A stretch of 60,912 nucleotides of DNA from an uncultured bacterium (lineage in GTDB: Bacteria; Hydrothermota; UBA3073; NMUJ01), in contig CBFDTI010000002.1 in assembly GCA_965612795.1 (NCBI GenBank), positions 1-60,912 of the forward strand, written 5' to 3'. The notes beneath the pieces are model-generated. The model had not been told where the DNA came from. It saw nothing but the letters and a program-made list of their open reading frames with translations, and searched no databases. Shown in pieces: positions 36,102 to 46,079 of this stretch. The position numbers were made by a program, and so were the translations under genes. Every line of letters begins with the position of its first letter. Positions within the stretch are counted from its first letter, which is position 1.

Positions 36102-38798
36102 TCAAAACCGTACTTCCACTCCCAATCGTACCTGACGCGGTGTTGAGTAGTAGTACGGACGTAATGTATAACCGGGATCTACGTATCCATAACGTTCGTA
36201 TAGATGGGTATAACCCGCACGCCCGGTATCATCCCACACCATGTACTCGTTGAGCCTATCCAACAGATTATACACCTTAAGCACAAAGCTAACCACTATG
36301 TTTCTGAATTTAATATCCCAATTGGCTTTCATGTCGATGTTAAATGTGGGCGGCTTACGTGCACTATACTCGTCACCTATACGTTTACCACCCTTATCAA
36401 CCGGTGTGTAAGGTTTACCACTACCGTATGAGGCAATAAAACTGACCACCCAGCTGCCAGGTTTACCCAGTGTCAAGCTTGCGTTAAGTGTATGTCGTTC
36501 GTCCCACGACACAGGGACCACTTTCTTGGGGCGTTCTATGATGACGTTACCACTCTGTGATGCATATACGGTAGTAGGTGATGTGTTATTTGCCTCCGCC
36601 ACTTGGAACGTATACTCGATACGTGCACCCCAGTACCCCATTATGCGACGTTCGATACTTACGGTTACACCTTTTGCATCACCGTAGTCTTCATTCACGT
36701 ATCTAAAATATATGTCAGTATTCACGGGTGGATTAGCTGACACCTTTTTTGTGGTCAACAGATTACGTATATCCTTGTAATATGCGGTCACATCAATGGA
36801 AACCGCCTCCCCTATACCTTGACGGAACCCCACCTCATATGCGATAGTATGTTGTGGCTTAAGGTCGGGGTTACCCACTATCTGGCGTGAGTATTGTGGC
36901 CTTATCTCAAAGTCTGGATTCGTGTAGAGGTAACCCACCCTTGGCATCTGGAAGAAATGTCCATACGCGAAGTGAAATACGCCTCGTTCGGAGATCGGAA
37001 ACGCTACCCCCAAACGTGGACTTATTTGATATTTGGGTTCCACCTGTACAAGTTGTGGCATAGGGGGTGGGTTGAACGGATCTACTATCACACGCACACT
37101 TTCGGGTGCAGGTATATCCTTAGCACGTGGGTCAAAGTAGTCAAACCTCACCCCCACATTTACGATCAAGTCGCGTGTCTCAATCTTATCCTGTACGTAA
37201 ACCGCCCATTCGTGTGGGTAACGTTTGTATTCGTCCCAGTTCATAGGGTGTGGTGGATGGAACGGATCTTCTGCGGTAGGATCAATCCAGTTCCAATGGT
37301 AGAACAGTTCGTACGTTTGATAAATGAAACCCATCTTAACAAGGTGCTCCGGATGTAGCTGGCTGGTGATATCAAACTTTATACCATACGTGTTAGAATA
37401 GCGACGTATCCAACTCTGGTAACAACCACCACGTTTGAACCTAACCCCTGAATAGTATCTATAATCGAAGTGGTAACGTGGGTCACGTGGATCTTCGTAT
37501 ACGTATTGGTCGTAACGATTGTATGAATAGAATACACCTAGATTGTAGAAAGTCTTCACCCCTATAGTGTGTTGTACGGTGAGAATATCCTGTGTAGTCC
37601 ATGTATATCCATAAGGGGTACCATCCGGTACGTATGTGTAGGTAAATATATACACCTTACGTTTCCTGTAGCTCTGCAGGTGTGAATAACTTATTTTGAG
37701 TTTTGGTGACACAAACCACGTAAGCTTACCATCATATGAGAAAATGGCATATGGGTTCATCGGTACGTACGCGTTATCACCATGACCGGTGGTATCTTCA
37801 TCCCAATTCATTATCGGGCCATTGACATCGGATGTTAGATAGCGTCTCACCCCATATATATAACCTTCATTCTGATAATGCTTGATTGCAAGAAATAACC
37901 TCAATTTATCTGATCTGAATAGCGGTGTGGATAGGTTAAGTTCAAAGTCACTTACACCTCTGATCTTGTATAGATCATCCGAGTTTATGTAACGCAAGTT
38001 ATCAATACGATGTAATTCAAACTTATCTATGTTACGAAATATATGTGTGTGGGTACTTAGATAATCGCCACGTACAAGATATAGGCGGCCTTCGAGTTGT
38101 GGTGTACCTTCTTTTGTGACAATGTTGATAACACCGCTCATAGCTTGCCCGTACTCAGCATTGAAGGTACCGCTGACGAGCTCCATCTGCCGTATAACAG
38201 ATGGGGGTAAATATGCACCTAACGCACGTGTGTAGGGGTTAGTTATAGGGATACCATCCACCATATAGATTACCTCATCGGAACGGCCACCCCGTACATG
38301 GATCTCACCCCATACACCACGGGTGACGCCTGCCGTACGTAATATCACATCGTGTAGACTTTCGATCGGTAAGCGTTCGAGTTCCTCAGAAGTCACTATT
38401 GAGCGTGCTGAGGTTATATCTTTCTCGACCAGCGGGCGTTTGGCTTTGATAATGATTTCACCCATAGGTATAGCAGTGGGCTTAAGTGCTACGTTAATCT
38501 CGGTGGTTAGCCCTATCTTCACTACAACATCTTTGAGTACCACAGGTTGATAGCCGATCCTCGATATCCGTAGTGAATAGGTTCCAGGTGGTACGTTTAT
38601 GATAACAAAATGTCCATCCTCATCAGTAGCTGTACCAAGTGGTGTACCTAATACCTCTATGTTCACGTGTGCAAGTGGGGTGCCTGTCTCCTTGTCGGTG
38701 ACAAGGCCAGCAATTTTACCCGTAGTACCATACAAAGAAATAGCTATAAAAATTAACCCTAAAGCAGGAAGCTTGACTCTCATAATCCCTCCTACCAT
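36102..38798 (-). CDS. Second TonB-dependent-receptor-type barrel with a CarboxypepD_reg N-domain
   Basis: GKIAGLVTDKETGTPLAHVNI..PGTYSL. Plug (LHDVILRTAGV, VRGGRSDEV, VDGIPI, LVSGTFNAEYG). C-terminal ..VEVRF. Confidence 0.8.
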   Translation of the reverse strand: MVGGIMRVKLPALGLIFIAISLYGTTGKIAGLVTDKETGTPLAHVNIEVLGTPLGTATDEDGHFVIINVPPGTYSLRISRIGYQPVVLKDVVVKIGLTTEINVALKPTAIPMGEIIIKAKRPLVEKDITSARSIVTSEELERLPIESLHDVILRTAGVTRGVWGEIHVRGGRSDEVIYMVDGIPITNPYTRALGAYLPPSVIRQMELVSGTFNAEYGQAMSGVINIVTKEGTPQLEGRLYLVRGDYLSTHTHIFRNIDKFELHRIDNLRYINSDDLYKIRGVSDFELNLSTPLFRSDKLRLFLAIKHYQNEGYIYGVRRYLTSDVNGPIMNWDEDTTGHGDNAYVPMNPYAIFSYDGKLTWFVSPKLKISYSHLQSYRKRKVYIFTYTYVPDGTPYGYTWTTQDILTVQHTIGVKTFYNLGVFYSYNRYDQYVYEDPRDPRYHFDYRYYSGVRFKRGGCYQSWIRRYSNTYGIKFDITSQLHPEHLVKMGFIYQTYELFYHWNWIDPTAEDPFHPPHPMNWDEYKRYPHEWAVYVQDKIETRDLIVNVGVRFDYFDPRAKDIPAPESVRVIVDPFNPPPMPQLVQVEPKYQISPRLGVAFPISERGVFHFAYGHFFQMPRVGYLYTNPDFEIRPQYSRQIVGNPDLKPQHTIAYEVGFRQGIGEAVSIDVTAYYKDIRNLLTTKKVSANPPVNTDIYFRYVNEDYGDAKGVTVSIERRIMGYWGARIEYTFQVAEANNTSPTTVYASQSGNVIIERPKKVVPVSWDERHTLNASLTLGKPGSWVVSFIASYGSGKPYTPVDKGGKRIGDEYSARKPPTFNIDMKANWDIKFRNIVVSFVLKVYNLLDRLNEYMVWDDTGRAGYTHLYERYGYVDPGYTLRPYYYSTPRQVRLGVEVRF

Positions 38799-38898
38799 AC
38801 TTTAAAATTACTTGTATGAATGTTGATGACAAGTGATAACTCATCAATCTGGTGGAATTTAAGATTGACATCGCTCAAATTGTTTTATTTTTAACTTA

Positions 38899-38971
38899 GG
38901 GGCCGTGGTGTAGTGGTTAACACACCGGCCTGTCAAGCCGGAGATCGCCGGTTCGAGTCCGGTCGGCCCCG
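38899..38971 (+). tRNA. tRNA-Asp (anticodon GTC)
   Basis: A 73-nt cloverleaf folds by hand: acceptor GGGGCCG/CGGCCCC, anticodon arm CCGGC-CTGTCAA-GCCGG, T arm GCCGG-TTCGAGT-CCGGT, discriminator G. No encoded CCA. Confidence 0.9.
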
Positions 38972-38981
38972 TTTGTTATTT

Positions 38982-40637
38982 ATGGATAAACCGTGGGTAC
39001 GATTTTATGATGAGGGTGTACCCTCTTCACTAAAAGAACGGGTACACCCTCTCCCCTACTACCTTGAGGAAAATGCCCGCTCGGTACCTCAATTTCCGGC
39101 CATCATATTTTATGGTAAAACAATAACGTACGGTGAACTTAACGAGCTCGTCAACCGACTCGCCAACGTGTTACGTAAGTTAGGTGTCAAGGAAGGTGAC
39201 AAGGTTGGTCTGTTCCTACCCAATACTCCGCAGGCGATTATTGCGTTTTACGCAACACTTAAGTTAGGTGCAATAGTCGTACAAAATAACCCACTCTATA
39301 CGGCAAGGGAGCTCGAATATCAGCTCAAAGATGCAGAAGTCGAAACCCTTATTACGTTAGACCTTGAGGAACTCTACGATAAAGTTGACCAGATCCGCAA
39401 TGTGGTTGGGCTTAAAAACGTAATAGTCGGCTCATTACGAGAATACTTACCGCCTACCAAGGCGCTACTGTATCCGTTTGCTATGCGTGGTAAGATAGCT
39501 TCTGTTAAGTATGGTGGTGGTATATATGCATGGCATGACATGATACGTAGTGCAGCACCTGAATTTGTAGGCCCTGAACTTAAACTTGACGATATAGCTC
39601 TCATCCAATATACAGGTGCTACTACTGGTACCGCTAAAGGGGTGATGTTGACACACCACAACATCAGTATTAATGCATATCAAGCCTTCCTATGGTTTAA
39701 AAAACCGTTACATAAGCAGTTTCTGTCGGTATTACCGTATTTCCATATATATGGGATGACAACCGCCATGAATTTGCCAATAATATCATGCTCTACGATG
39801 GTCGTCATGCCGCTATTCAAGCCAAGGGAGATTGTCGAAGCTATTGAAAGATACAAAGTATACTTCTTCCCGGGTATACCGCAGATGTTTGCCGCACTTA
39901 CGCGGTTACCTAAAATCGAGCGCTATGATCTGTCTTCACTCTGCGTATGTGTGAGTGGTGCTGCCCCACTACCCAGAGAAATAGAGGTACGATTTGAGCA
40001 ACTCTCTGGTGCACGCCTTATAGAGGGCTACGGACTTACAGAAGCGTCGCCCGTCACCCACTGTAACCCAGCTTATGGTGTTAAAAAATCTGGCAGCATA
40101 GGTATACCGTGGCCTGATACTGATGCGAAAATAGTCGACCTTATGACAGGCGAGGAAGAGCTACCACCTGGCCAGGAGGGTGAGCTCATCGTACGTGGCC
40201 CACAGATAATGAAAGGTTACTGGAAGCGCGACGATCTCACCAATGCCGTGTTACGGGATGGCTGGCTATACACTGGCGATATAGCCAAGATGGATGAAGA
40301 TGGCTTCTTCTATATAGTGGGTAGGAAAAAGGATATCATCATTGTGCGTGGCTATAATGTTAACCCTGAAGAGGTGGAAGCTGTGTTAATTCAACACCCT
40401 AAAATCAAGGAAGCTGCCGTCATCGGTGTACCTGACGAGGTACATGGTGAGGTACCCAAAGCTTATGTGGTACTGGAGGAAGGCGTAACCCTCGAACCTA
40501 AGGAGATAATCAACTTCTGTCGTGAACGGTTAGCCGAATACAAGGTACCTAAGTACGTTGAATATAGAGATAGTTTGCCGAAATCTATCATCGGCAAGGT
40601 ACTGCGCAGAAAGTTGCGCGAAGAGCTTACTGGATGA
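38982..40637 (+). CDS. Long-chain-fatty-acid--CoA ligase / AMP-dependent synthetase (FadD-like)
   Basis: AMP-binding motifs YTGATTGTAKGV, GYGLTE, YTGD, and a C-terminal ..GKVLRR. The true start is the ATG at 38982 (MDKPW); the ORF-track start at 38913 lies inside the tRNA. Confidence 0.85.
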   Translation: MDKPWVRFYDEGVPSSLKERVHPLPYYLEENARSVPQFPAIIFYGKTITYGELNELVNRLANVLRKLGVKEGDKVGLFLPNTPQAIIAFYATLKLGAIVVQNNPLYTARELEYQLKDAEVETLITLDLEELYDKVDQIRNVVGLKNVIVGSLREYLPPTKALLYPFAMRGKIASVKYGGGIYAWHDMIRSAAPEFVGPELKLDDIALIQYTGATTGTAKGVMLTHHNISINAYQAFLWFKKPLHKQFLSVLPYFHIYGMTTAMNLPIISCSTMVVMPLFKPREIVEAIERYKVYFFPGIPQMFAALTRLPKIERYDLSSLCVCVSGAAPLPREIEVRFEQLSGARLIEGYGLTEASPVTHCNPAYGVKKSGSIGIPWPDTDAKIVDLMTGEEELPPGQEGELIVRGPQIMKGYWKRDDLTNAVLRDGWLYTGDIAKMDEDGFFYIVGRKKDIIIVRGYNVNPEEVEAVLIQHPKIKEAAVIGVPDEVHGEVPKAYVVLEEGVTLEPKEIINFCRERLAEYKVPKYVEYRDSLPKSIIGKVLRRKLREELTG

Positions 40638-41767
40638 GACTTGCATTCATATCCACGTATCTACCACAACGATGTGGTATCGCTACTTACACATCGTATT
40701 TAGTGGATGCATTACTGCAGGTGGATCCACAGGTAAGAATCAAGGTAATTGCGGAAGATCTTGCATCTGCAGTTGAAACAGATCGCCTGACAGTATTACC
40801 GGTATGGTCACGTAAAGGGGATTATGTGTCGGCCATACTTGAGTACCTCGAAGATGTAGATTGTTTACACATACAGCATGAGTACAGCATATATGGGTTT
40901 GATGATAGGCTGCCGAGATTACTGGATAGCGTACCCGGAGATATCAAAAAGATACTAACCATACACTGTATACGGCCGGCACAATTCTCTGAACGTTCTG
41001 TAACTGATGAGAATTTCGTACAAGCTATCGCCAAACGTGCAGATCGTGTGATACTGCATCTTGAAGCACAAAAGGCGATCCTCATGCGGTTAGGTATAGA
41101 GGCCAATAAAATGTACATCATACCACATGGTACACTTATAACAGATGAGGATAAGCTGAACTCGCGTGAAAAATTTAATTTACCGAAGGATGCCAAAATC
41201 GTGTTGATGTTTGGGTTCGTCAAGCCTCACAAATGTTACGAGGTAGCTGTTAAGGCACTCACTCATATACTTAAGAAGCGACGTGATGTATACATATTCA
41301 TAGCGGGTACGGTTGCACCCACCGCAAGTGAACGTGACAAACAATACATTGAGTACATTCGCGATATGATCGATAAGCTCGATGTTGCCGATAATGTGAT
41401 ATTTCCAAACAAATTCTTTCCAGATGAAGATGTACCATATCTTATGGGGGCAAGCGATATCGTGTTGTTTCATTATTACGAAGAGGATCGCTCATCATCG
41501 GGTGCGTTCCATCTTGCTATAGGGGCGGGTAAACCCATCATAGCTACGAGGATACCGAAGTTTGAGGAGCTCAAGAACATATCAGATGAGCTGCTCATAT
41601 TGCCGTACAATTCAGAGGGGTTGGCGCAGGTAATTTTACGTCTACTGGAAGATGACACGTTTCGTAACTATGTAATGGACAAAACGTACGAATATCGGGA
41701 ACGTACCTCTTGGAAAGCGGTCGCACAACAGCACCTGGAAGTTTACAAGGATGCAACGTTTAGGTGA
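40634..41767 (+). CDS. GT4-family (GT-B) glycosyltransferase
   Basis: MRLAFIS.YLPQRCGIATY N-terminus and the C-terminal E..SSSGAFHLAIGAGKPII motif. ATGA overlap with the upstream gene. Confidence 0.75.
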   Translation: MRLAFISTYLPQRCGIATYTSYLVDALLQVDPQVRIKVIAEDLASAVETDRLTVLPVWSRKGDYVSAILEYLEDVDCLHIQHEYSIYGFDDRLPRLLDSVPGDIKKILTIHCIRPAQFSERSVTDENFVQAIAKRADRVILHLEAQKAILMRLGIEANKMYIIPHGTLITDEDKLNSREKFNLPKDAKIVLMFGFVKPHKCYEVAVKALTHILKKRRDVYIFIAGTVAPTASERDKQYIEYIRDMIDKLDVADNVIFPNKFFPDEDVPYLMGASDIVLFHYYEEDRSSSGAFHLAIGAGKPIIATRIPKFEELKNISDELLILPYNSEGLAQVILRLLEDDTFRNYVMDKTYEYRERTSWKAVAQQHLEVYKDATFR

Positions 41768-42908
41768 GGGCGAACTCGTAAAACTTAACAATAAGTATAT
41801 GTTCAAACTTGACAGCCATCCTGCTAACCCCGTCATTACGCCACAACAATTAGGTCTCACTTGGTACGAGGATGATGTCGAACACATAGGTGCAGTATTC
41901 AATGGAGGAGCTGAATTCTACCCACCTGAAAATAAATTTATGGTGTTACCTCGTATACATAAGAACTATCGTAAGGTGTGGTTTTACGACAAGAAGATGG
42001 GTATCGAGCGTTGGGGGTTAGAAAACTATATCGCTGAGATATGGGTACTCGAGAGTGATGATGGTGTACATTTCAACCCACGTGGTACAATCATAAGGGG
42101 TGATGGTACCGAACATCGGGATTTTACGTATGGTATAGAAGACATAAGGGTGGTGAAGTACGGTAGCACTTATTTACTCATAGGGTGTGGCAAAATAGGG
42201 CCGCCGTTCTTTTCACATGACAGTGACCGTATTGCTGTGTATTCGACAGCTGATTTCCGTACTATAACTTACCACGGTATTGTGGATGTGTTCACCAACC
42301 GTAACGCTATACCGTTGTTCACCAAACGTGCAAGCTATATATTTTTGAGATTTCATCCTCACATTTATCTGGCTCCTTTAGAGGAGGGTATCGACCAGCT
42401 ACTTCACCCGAAGAAATATCGTCCCCTATGGCGTAGAATTTATGAACATCGTACTGAATTCATATTACTGCGTGCGGGTGAGCTATCACATGGTACGGAG
42501 AAATTAGGTCCCGGCACCCAGCTGATACCAACTGATGCAGGTTATCTCTTCATCTATCATGCAGTGGGCGAAATACCGCCCAACATCGCCCATCTGTATG
42601 GGTTGGATAGCGGTATAGGACGCGCATATTCGGTGAATGTGATGTTATTGGATAAGGATGTACCACGTAAGATTATCGCGATGAGCGAGTCGCCTGTGTA
42701 TATACCACACAAGCCGTGGGAGCTTCACGGTGACGAAAAGTATCCGGTGGATATACCAGCAGTGGTATTTCCGGTAGGTGCCATCGTACGTAATGGATAT
42801 CTATTCGTCTACGGGGGTGCAGCTGACAAGTATGAGATATTGCTTACATGTAAATTGGATAACCTTATCGAATATCTGCTTAAGTATGGGGTTAAAAGCA
42901 AAGATTAG
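41751..42908 (+). CDS. GH130-family (DUF377-like) beta-propeller glycoside phosphorylase/hydrolase
   Basis: GAVFNGGA, YGIEDIRVV, NRNAIPLF, GPGTQLIPTDAGYLFIYHAVG, VFPVGAIV..LFVYGGAADKY all match the GH130 pattern. 17-nt overlap with GT4. Confidence 0.65.
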   Translation: MQRLGEGELVKLNNKYMFKLDSHPANPVITPQQLGLTWYEDDVEHIGAVFNGGAEFYPPENKFMVLPRIHKNYRKVWFYDKKMGIERWGLENYIAEIWVLESDDGVHFNPRGTIIRGDGTEHRDFTYGIEDIRVVKYGSTYLLIGCGKIGPPFFSHDSDRIAVYSTADFRTITYHGIVDVFTNRNAIPLFTKRASYIFLRFHPHIYLAPLEEGIDQLLHPKKYRPLWRRIYEHRTEFILLRAGELSHGTEKLGPGTQLIPTDAGYLFIYHAVGEIPPNIAHLYGLDSGIGRAYSVNVMLLDKDVPRKIIAMSESPVYIPHKPWELHGDEKYPVDIPAVVFPVGAIVRNGYLFVYGGAADKYEILLTCKLDNLIEYLLKYGVKSKD

Positions 42909-45027
42909 TCTGTAAGTTGAAATTATGGTACCACTTACCCTGCCACCGCATCTGGTATGTACCGGTGTAAAGCCATCGTCCACATTGTAAGTAACACCTA
43001 ATGCCGGCGATTAATTCCACCTGAGGATGGGTGATAAAGTATCGTAGGTTGGCGTAAGCCTCTATGGTACGACGTTCCCCTCTGTAGCAAAGGTAGGGAC
43101 TAACATCTACATGTCGCGTACGATCGTGGTAAACCAGCGATTGCTTTATACCCAATATTACAGGAGTGAGCCTTTCAAGCATCACTCCATAACATTGCTC
43201 CTTGTATTGGGAGGTAAACCTAACTCTCCAATCACCGCGTATGCGATAGTATCCCCACGTAGCGAACGGCGATAAGGTAATACTCTTTACCCTACCATAA
43301 AGTAGACGACCACTTACTCCCTTACGTAGATAGAAATCTAACATCACCACGGGTGTACCGGTACTCCATTCACCAAATAACGATACAAATCCGTACGAGG
43401 GGTAATAGTTGAGCACCCCGGTAAGGCGTGACACGTTAGAATACGCTGTATGTATGTAGTGACGGATTAACCTGAAATCACCGTTGGTGAAATTCTTGCC
43501 GGCCTCAACATCATACAGTAAAAGTGTCTGTCCATCGCACCGCTCGATATGTAAAGCTACCTTCGGCCTAAACGGTAGCGGTAGCTGGCCACCCCCTTTA
43601 ATGGTGTAACGAGTGCGGTTGGCTTCACCTCTAATATGCCAGTTATTTGTCGTTAGTTCCACAAAATTGTAGCCATCATACAAGTTGGTATGACCGGATT
43701 TGAAAGCATACGAAGCACGTTTTACGTATAACTCATATACGACATGGGAACCTATTTGGTATAACTCTATACCATAACCATCATCGTACATTAAGTTAAG
43801 TCGCCTGTATCTGGTGCTTAAACTGAACTGTGTCACAAATGCTGGAAATGGGGTCATTACCGCCGTTACACTGTATTGTGGGAACGTATCCACCGTGGTA
43901 CCAGGAGGGTTGAAGCCGTCTGTTTTATAATAATACGAAAGGCATAGCTTTTGTGTACATCCAATTGCAACACGTAAGAGACTGGCTAATTCTTTGCCTC
44001 CTGATGTGATACCTGATACGTGAAAGCCAAACGCGTTACTACCGAATTGATATGAGAAGAATGGAAAAGTCTCACTCTCACGTCTTAGTAGACCCAGCTC
44101 ATAATTTGGTTTTGTAATTGCAACATATGAGATGGGATCGGTTGAATTTTCATCCAATATGTCAAACACAATAGTAACCGTATCACCTGGTTGTAGTAAA
44201 CAATTAGCAGTAAAATACAGACTTCCTTCGTTGTAGTCCAAGTAATAGTCGTGGATCCTCGATTTAACAGTATGGTTAACCCATACCAGCTCGCTACCGG
44301 GTAAGATCAATTTTGTGGATAATTTGAACGGCCCCTGTTCACCACGGTGTATGATAACAAACCGTTTAGTGAACCGTCGGCTATGTTGTACGTAATGGGT
44401 GACAGTAAAATGTGACTTCCTCACTCGTATACCGACATCACGTACAGGTAGGTCACCCAACGGCGTGTGTAATGTAGTATTTAATGTACCCCACTCAAGG
44501 TTAAGGTCGCCACGCTCTATGCGTAGACGCCAATCCTCTAGCGAGTTGAGTGGTATCACCTCATCTTCATCAGTGGCATCGAAATTACCTTCCACTAATA
44601 TATCATCGTAGTTGGTGTACCAGTTCATTGTGAGCGTTTGTTCCATACGTAGGTTAGTAGGTGTTACCGAAAAGCTTATACCTTTCACGCCAGTTAACTG
44701 TAACGAAGAGCGTCGTCCACCAGTACTATTGATGGACGTATCCACGTGTGTGGTGGAATCTACCGCAAATATTCGATAGACCGTCGGTATGTGTAGGTTG
44801 AGCTTCTCATAGGAGACGATCAAGGTCTCGGTAGGTGCCACCCGATATTTGAAAAACAGCGTGCCAGTGGAGAATATGAACCTATAGCAACTAGTATCGA
44901 GTTTACCACTATCTGTATATATGACGATAGATTGTGGTATCACCAAGCTATCTAAAAAGTATGGGCCACGTGTACCATTACCTACCAGTAGCTGGGTAAG
45001 ATTTATCAGAAATATCAGGGTCACCAT
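42892..45027 (-). CDS. Large orphan protein, probably outer-membrane (beta-rich, C-terminal F), with two N-terminal repeat modules
   Basis: Ends ..NLQTNLCF. Alternating aromatic/polar pattern. Modules GNGTRGPYFL..IPQSIVIY..YRFIFSTGTLFF..TETLIVSYE and GEQGPFKL..LPGSELVWV..YYLDYNEGSLYF..GDTVTIVFD. Confidence 0.45.
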   Translation of the reverse strand: MVTLIFLINLTQLLVGNGTRGPYFLDSLVIPQSIVIYTDSGKLDTSCYRFIFSTGTLFFKYRVAPTETLIVSYEKLNLHIPTVYRIFAVDSTTHVDTSINSTGGRRSSLQLTGVKGISFSVTPTNLRMEQTLTMNWYTNYDDILVEGNFDATDEDEVIPLNSLEDWRLRIERGDLNLEWGTLNTTLHTPLGDLPVRDVGIRVRKSHFTVTHYVQHSRRFTKRFVIIHRGEQGPFKLSTKLILPGSELVWVNHTVKSRIHDYYLDYNEGSLYFTANCLLQPGDTVTIVFDILDENSTDPISYVAITKPNYELGLLRRESETFPFFSYQFGSNAFGFHVSGITSGGKELASLLRVAIGCTQKLCLSYYYKTDGFNPPGTTVDTFPQYSVTAVMTPFPAFVTQFSLSTRYRRLNLMYDDGYGIELYQIGSHVVYELYVKRASYAFKSGHTNLYDGYNFVELTTNNWHIRGEANRTRYTIKGGGQLPLPFRPKVALHIERCDGQTLLLYDVEAGKNFTNGDFRLIRHYIHTAYSNVSRLTGVLNYYPSYGFVSLFGEWSTGTPVVMLDFYLRKGVSGRLLYGRVKSITLSPFATWGYYRIRGDWRVRFTSQYKEQCYGVMLERLTPVILGIKQSLVYHDRTRHVDVSPYLCYRGERRTIEAYANLRYFITHPQVELIAGIRCYLQCGRWLYTGTYQMRWQGKWYHNFNLQTNLCF

Positions 45028-46079
45028 AGTTTCACGATTTGCCCCTCCCTTAACGTATAAATATGTAGTTGTGGCACCACCGCCTGCATTGATAGCCCTA
45101 ACCCATATGGGAGCGATTCATTTATGTGGATGTCGAGCCATTCTTTTAATTTACCTCGTGTACATATACCCGATTGGAGTGCATCTTCTATAATCTGCAT
45201 AGCGGTATAACCTGTTATCCAGAACGGGTTCTTATTCTCCACCTCCCATGGTAGTGCTGCGAATATGGTGTTATCAACACCAGGTATATCGCATAGTTCA
45301 CGTACTGTCCATACGTTATTGGATAAGATCGTGACCCCCTCCTTTATTGCACCGCTACCCCATACTGCATATGCAAGAGGTCGCATAATGGATACGTATC
45401 CCACAATGAGAATACCCTCATATGTGAGGTCTTCTAGATCATAGTGTAGGGTAGTTTTGAGGCTACCGTCTTCCAACATTTTTGCATCGTAACGGAAAAT
45501 TTTGACAATTTCACCCCCCAACGTGTCAACTTTTTGACGAAACGTCTCGAGTAATAGGTCGCCGTATCTATCAGCTGGTATTATAGCGACAAATTTGTGT
45601 ATATCACAGGTAGAGATTGCGTATTCAGCAAGCTTCACCATTTGTGCCCACGTGCTACGATATAGTTTGTAAAGATAGGGGCTTAGGGTGGGTATCCTTG
45701 GATCTACGGCGGTGGGTGTGATGGTTGGTATTTCATAAGTTTGCGAGAGTGAGCTTATCCACTTACAGGCTTTTGAATGTAATGGTCCTAATATCGCAAT
45801 AGTATTAACATCAGTGGCTAACTCTACATATGTGTGTACCAACTCACTGGAATCAAGTGGCACAATGTAATGTTCAATACGCACGTCGTTGGTCGCAGCC
45901 GTGATACCATCGTATACAATGTGGGGAAGTGAATCACCGGTTTCATTGTAGGTGAGTATGACACCTATTTTTATGGGAGGCTTAACCTTGGGCGGTGGTA
46001 TGTGGGGTATCTCACGTTCGTACCACCACATGCAGCTGGTTGTCAACCACACTATTAACAATAATGTTTTACGTGTCAT
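45021..46079 (-). CDS. Type-1 periplasmic-binding-fold lipoprotein (Leu/Ile/Val-BP / LpoA-like)
   Basis: Lipobox LTTSC. IKIGVILTY..IAILGPL..IPTITPTA pattern of Peripla_BP_6-like proteins. I prefer the start at 46079 (MTRK). Confidence 0.45.
   Translation of the reverse strand: MTRKTLLLIVWLTTSCMWWYEREIPHIPPPKVKPPIKIGVILTYNETGDSLPHIVYDGITAATNDVRIEHYIVPLDSSELVHTYVELATDVNTIAILGPLHSKACKWISSLSQTYEIPTITPTAVDPRIPTLSPYLYKLYRSTWAQMVKLAEYAISTCDIHKFVAIIPADRYGDLLLETFRQKVDTLGGEIVKIFRYDAKMLEDGSLKTTLHYDLEDLTYEGILIVGYVSIMRPLAYAVWGSGAIKEGVTILSNNVWTVRELCDIPGVDNTIFAALPWEVENKNPFWITGYTAMQIIEDALQSGICTRGKLKEWLDIHINESLPYGLGLSMQAVVPQLHIYTLREGQIVKLW

Noticed and set aside
36894-37358. 154-aa plus-strand ORF inside the second TonB-type barrel gene
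   Set aside because: It is antisense to a CDS with plug and barrel motifs, and has no RBS.
38913-38981. N-terminal extension of the fadD-like ORF (MVNTPACQAGDRRFESGRPRLLF)
   Set aside because: This stretch is the translation of tRNA-Asp. The real start is the ATG at 38982 (MDKPW).
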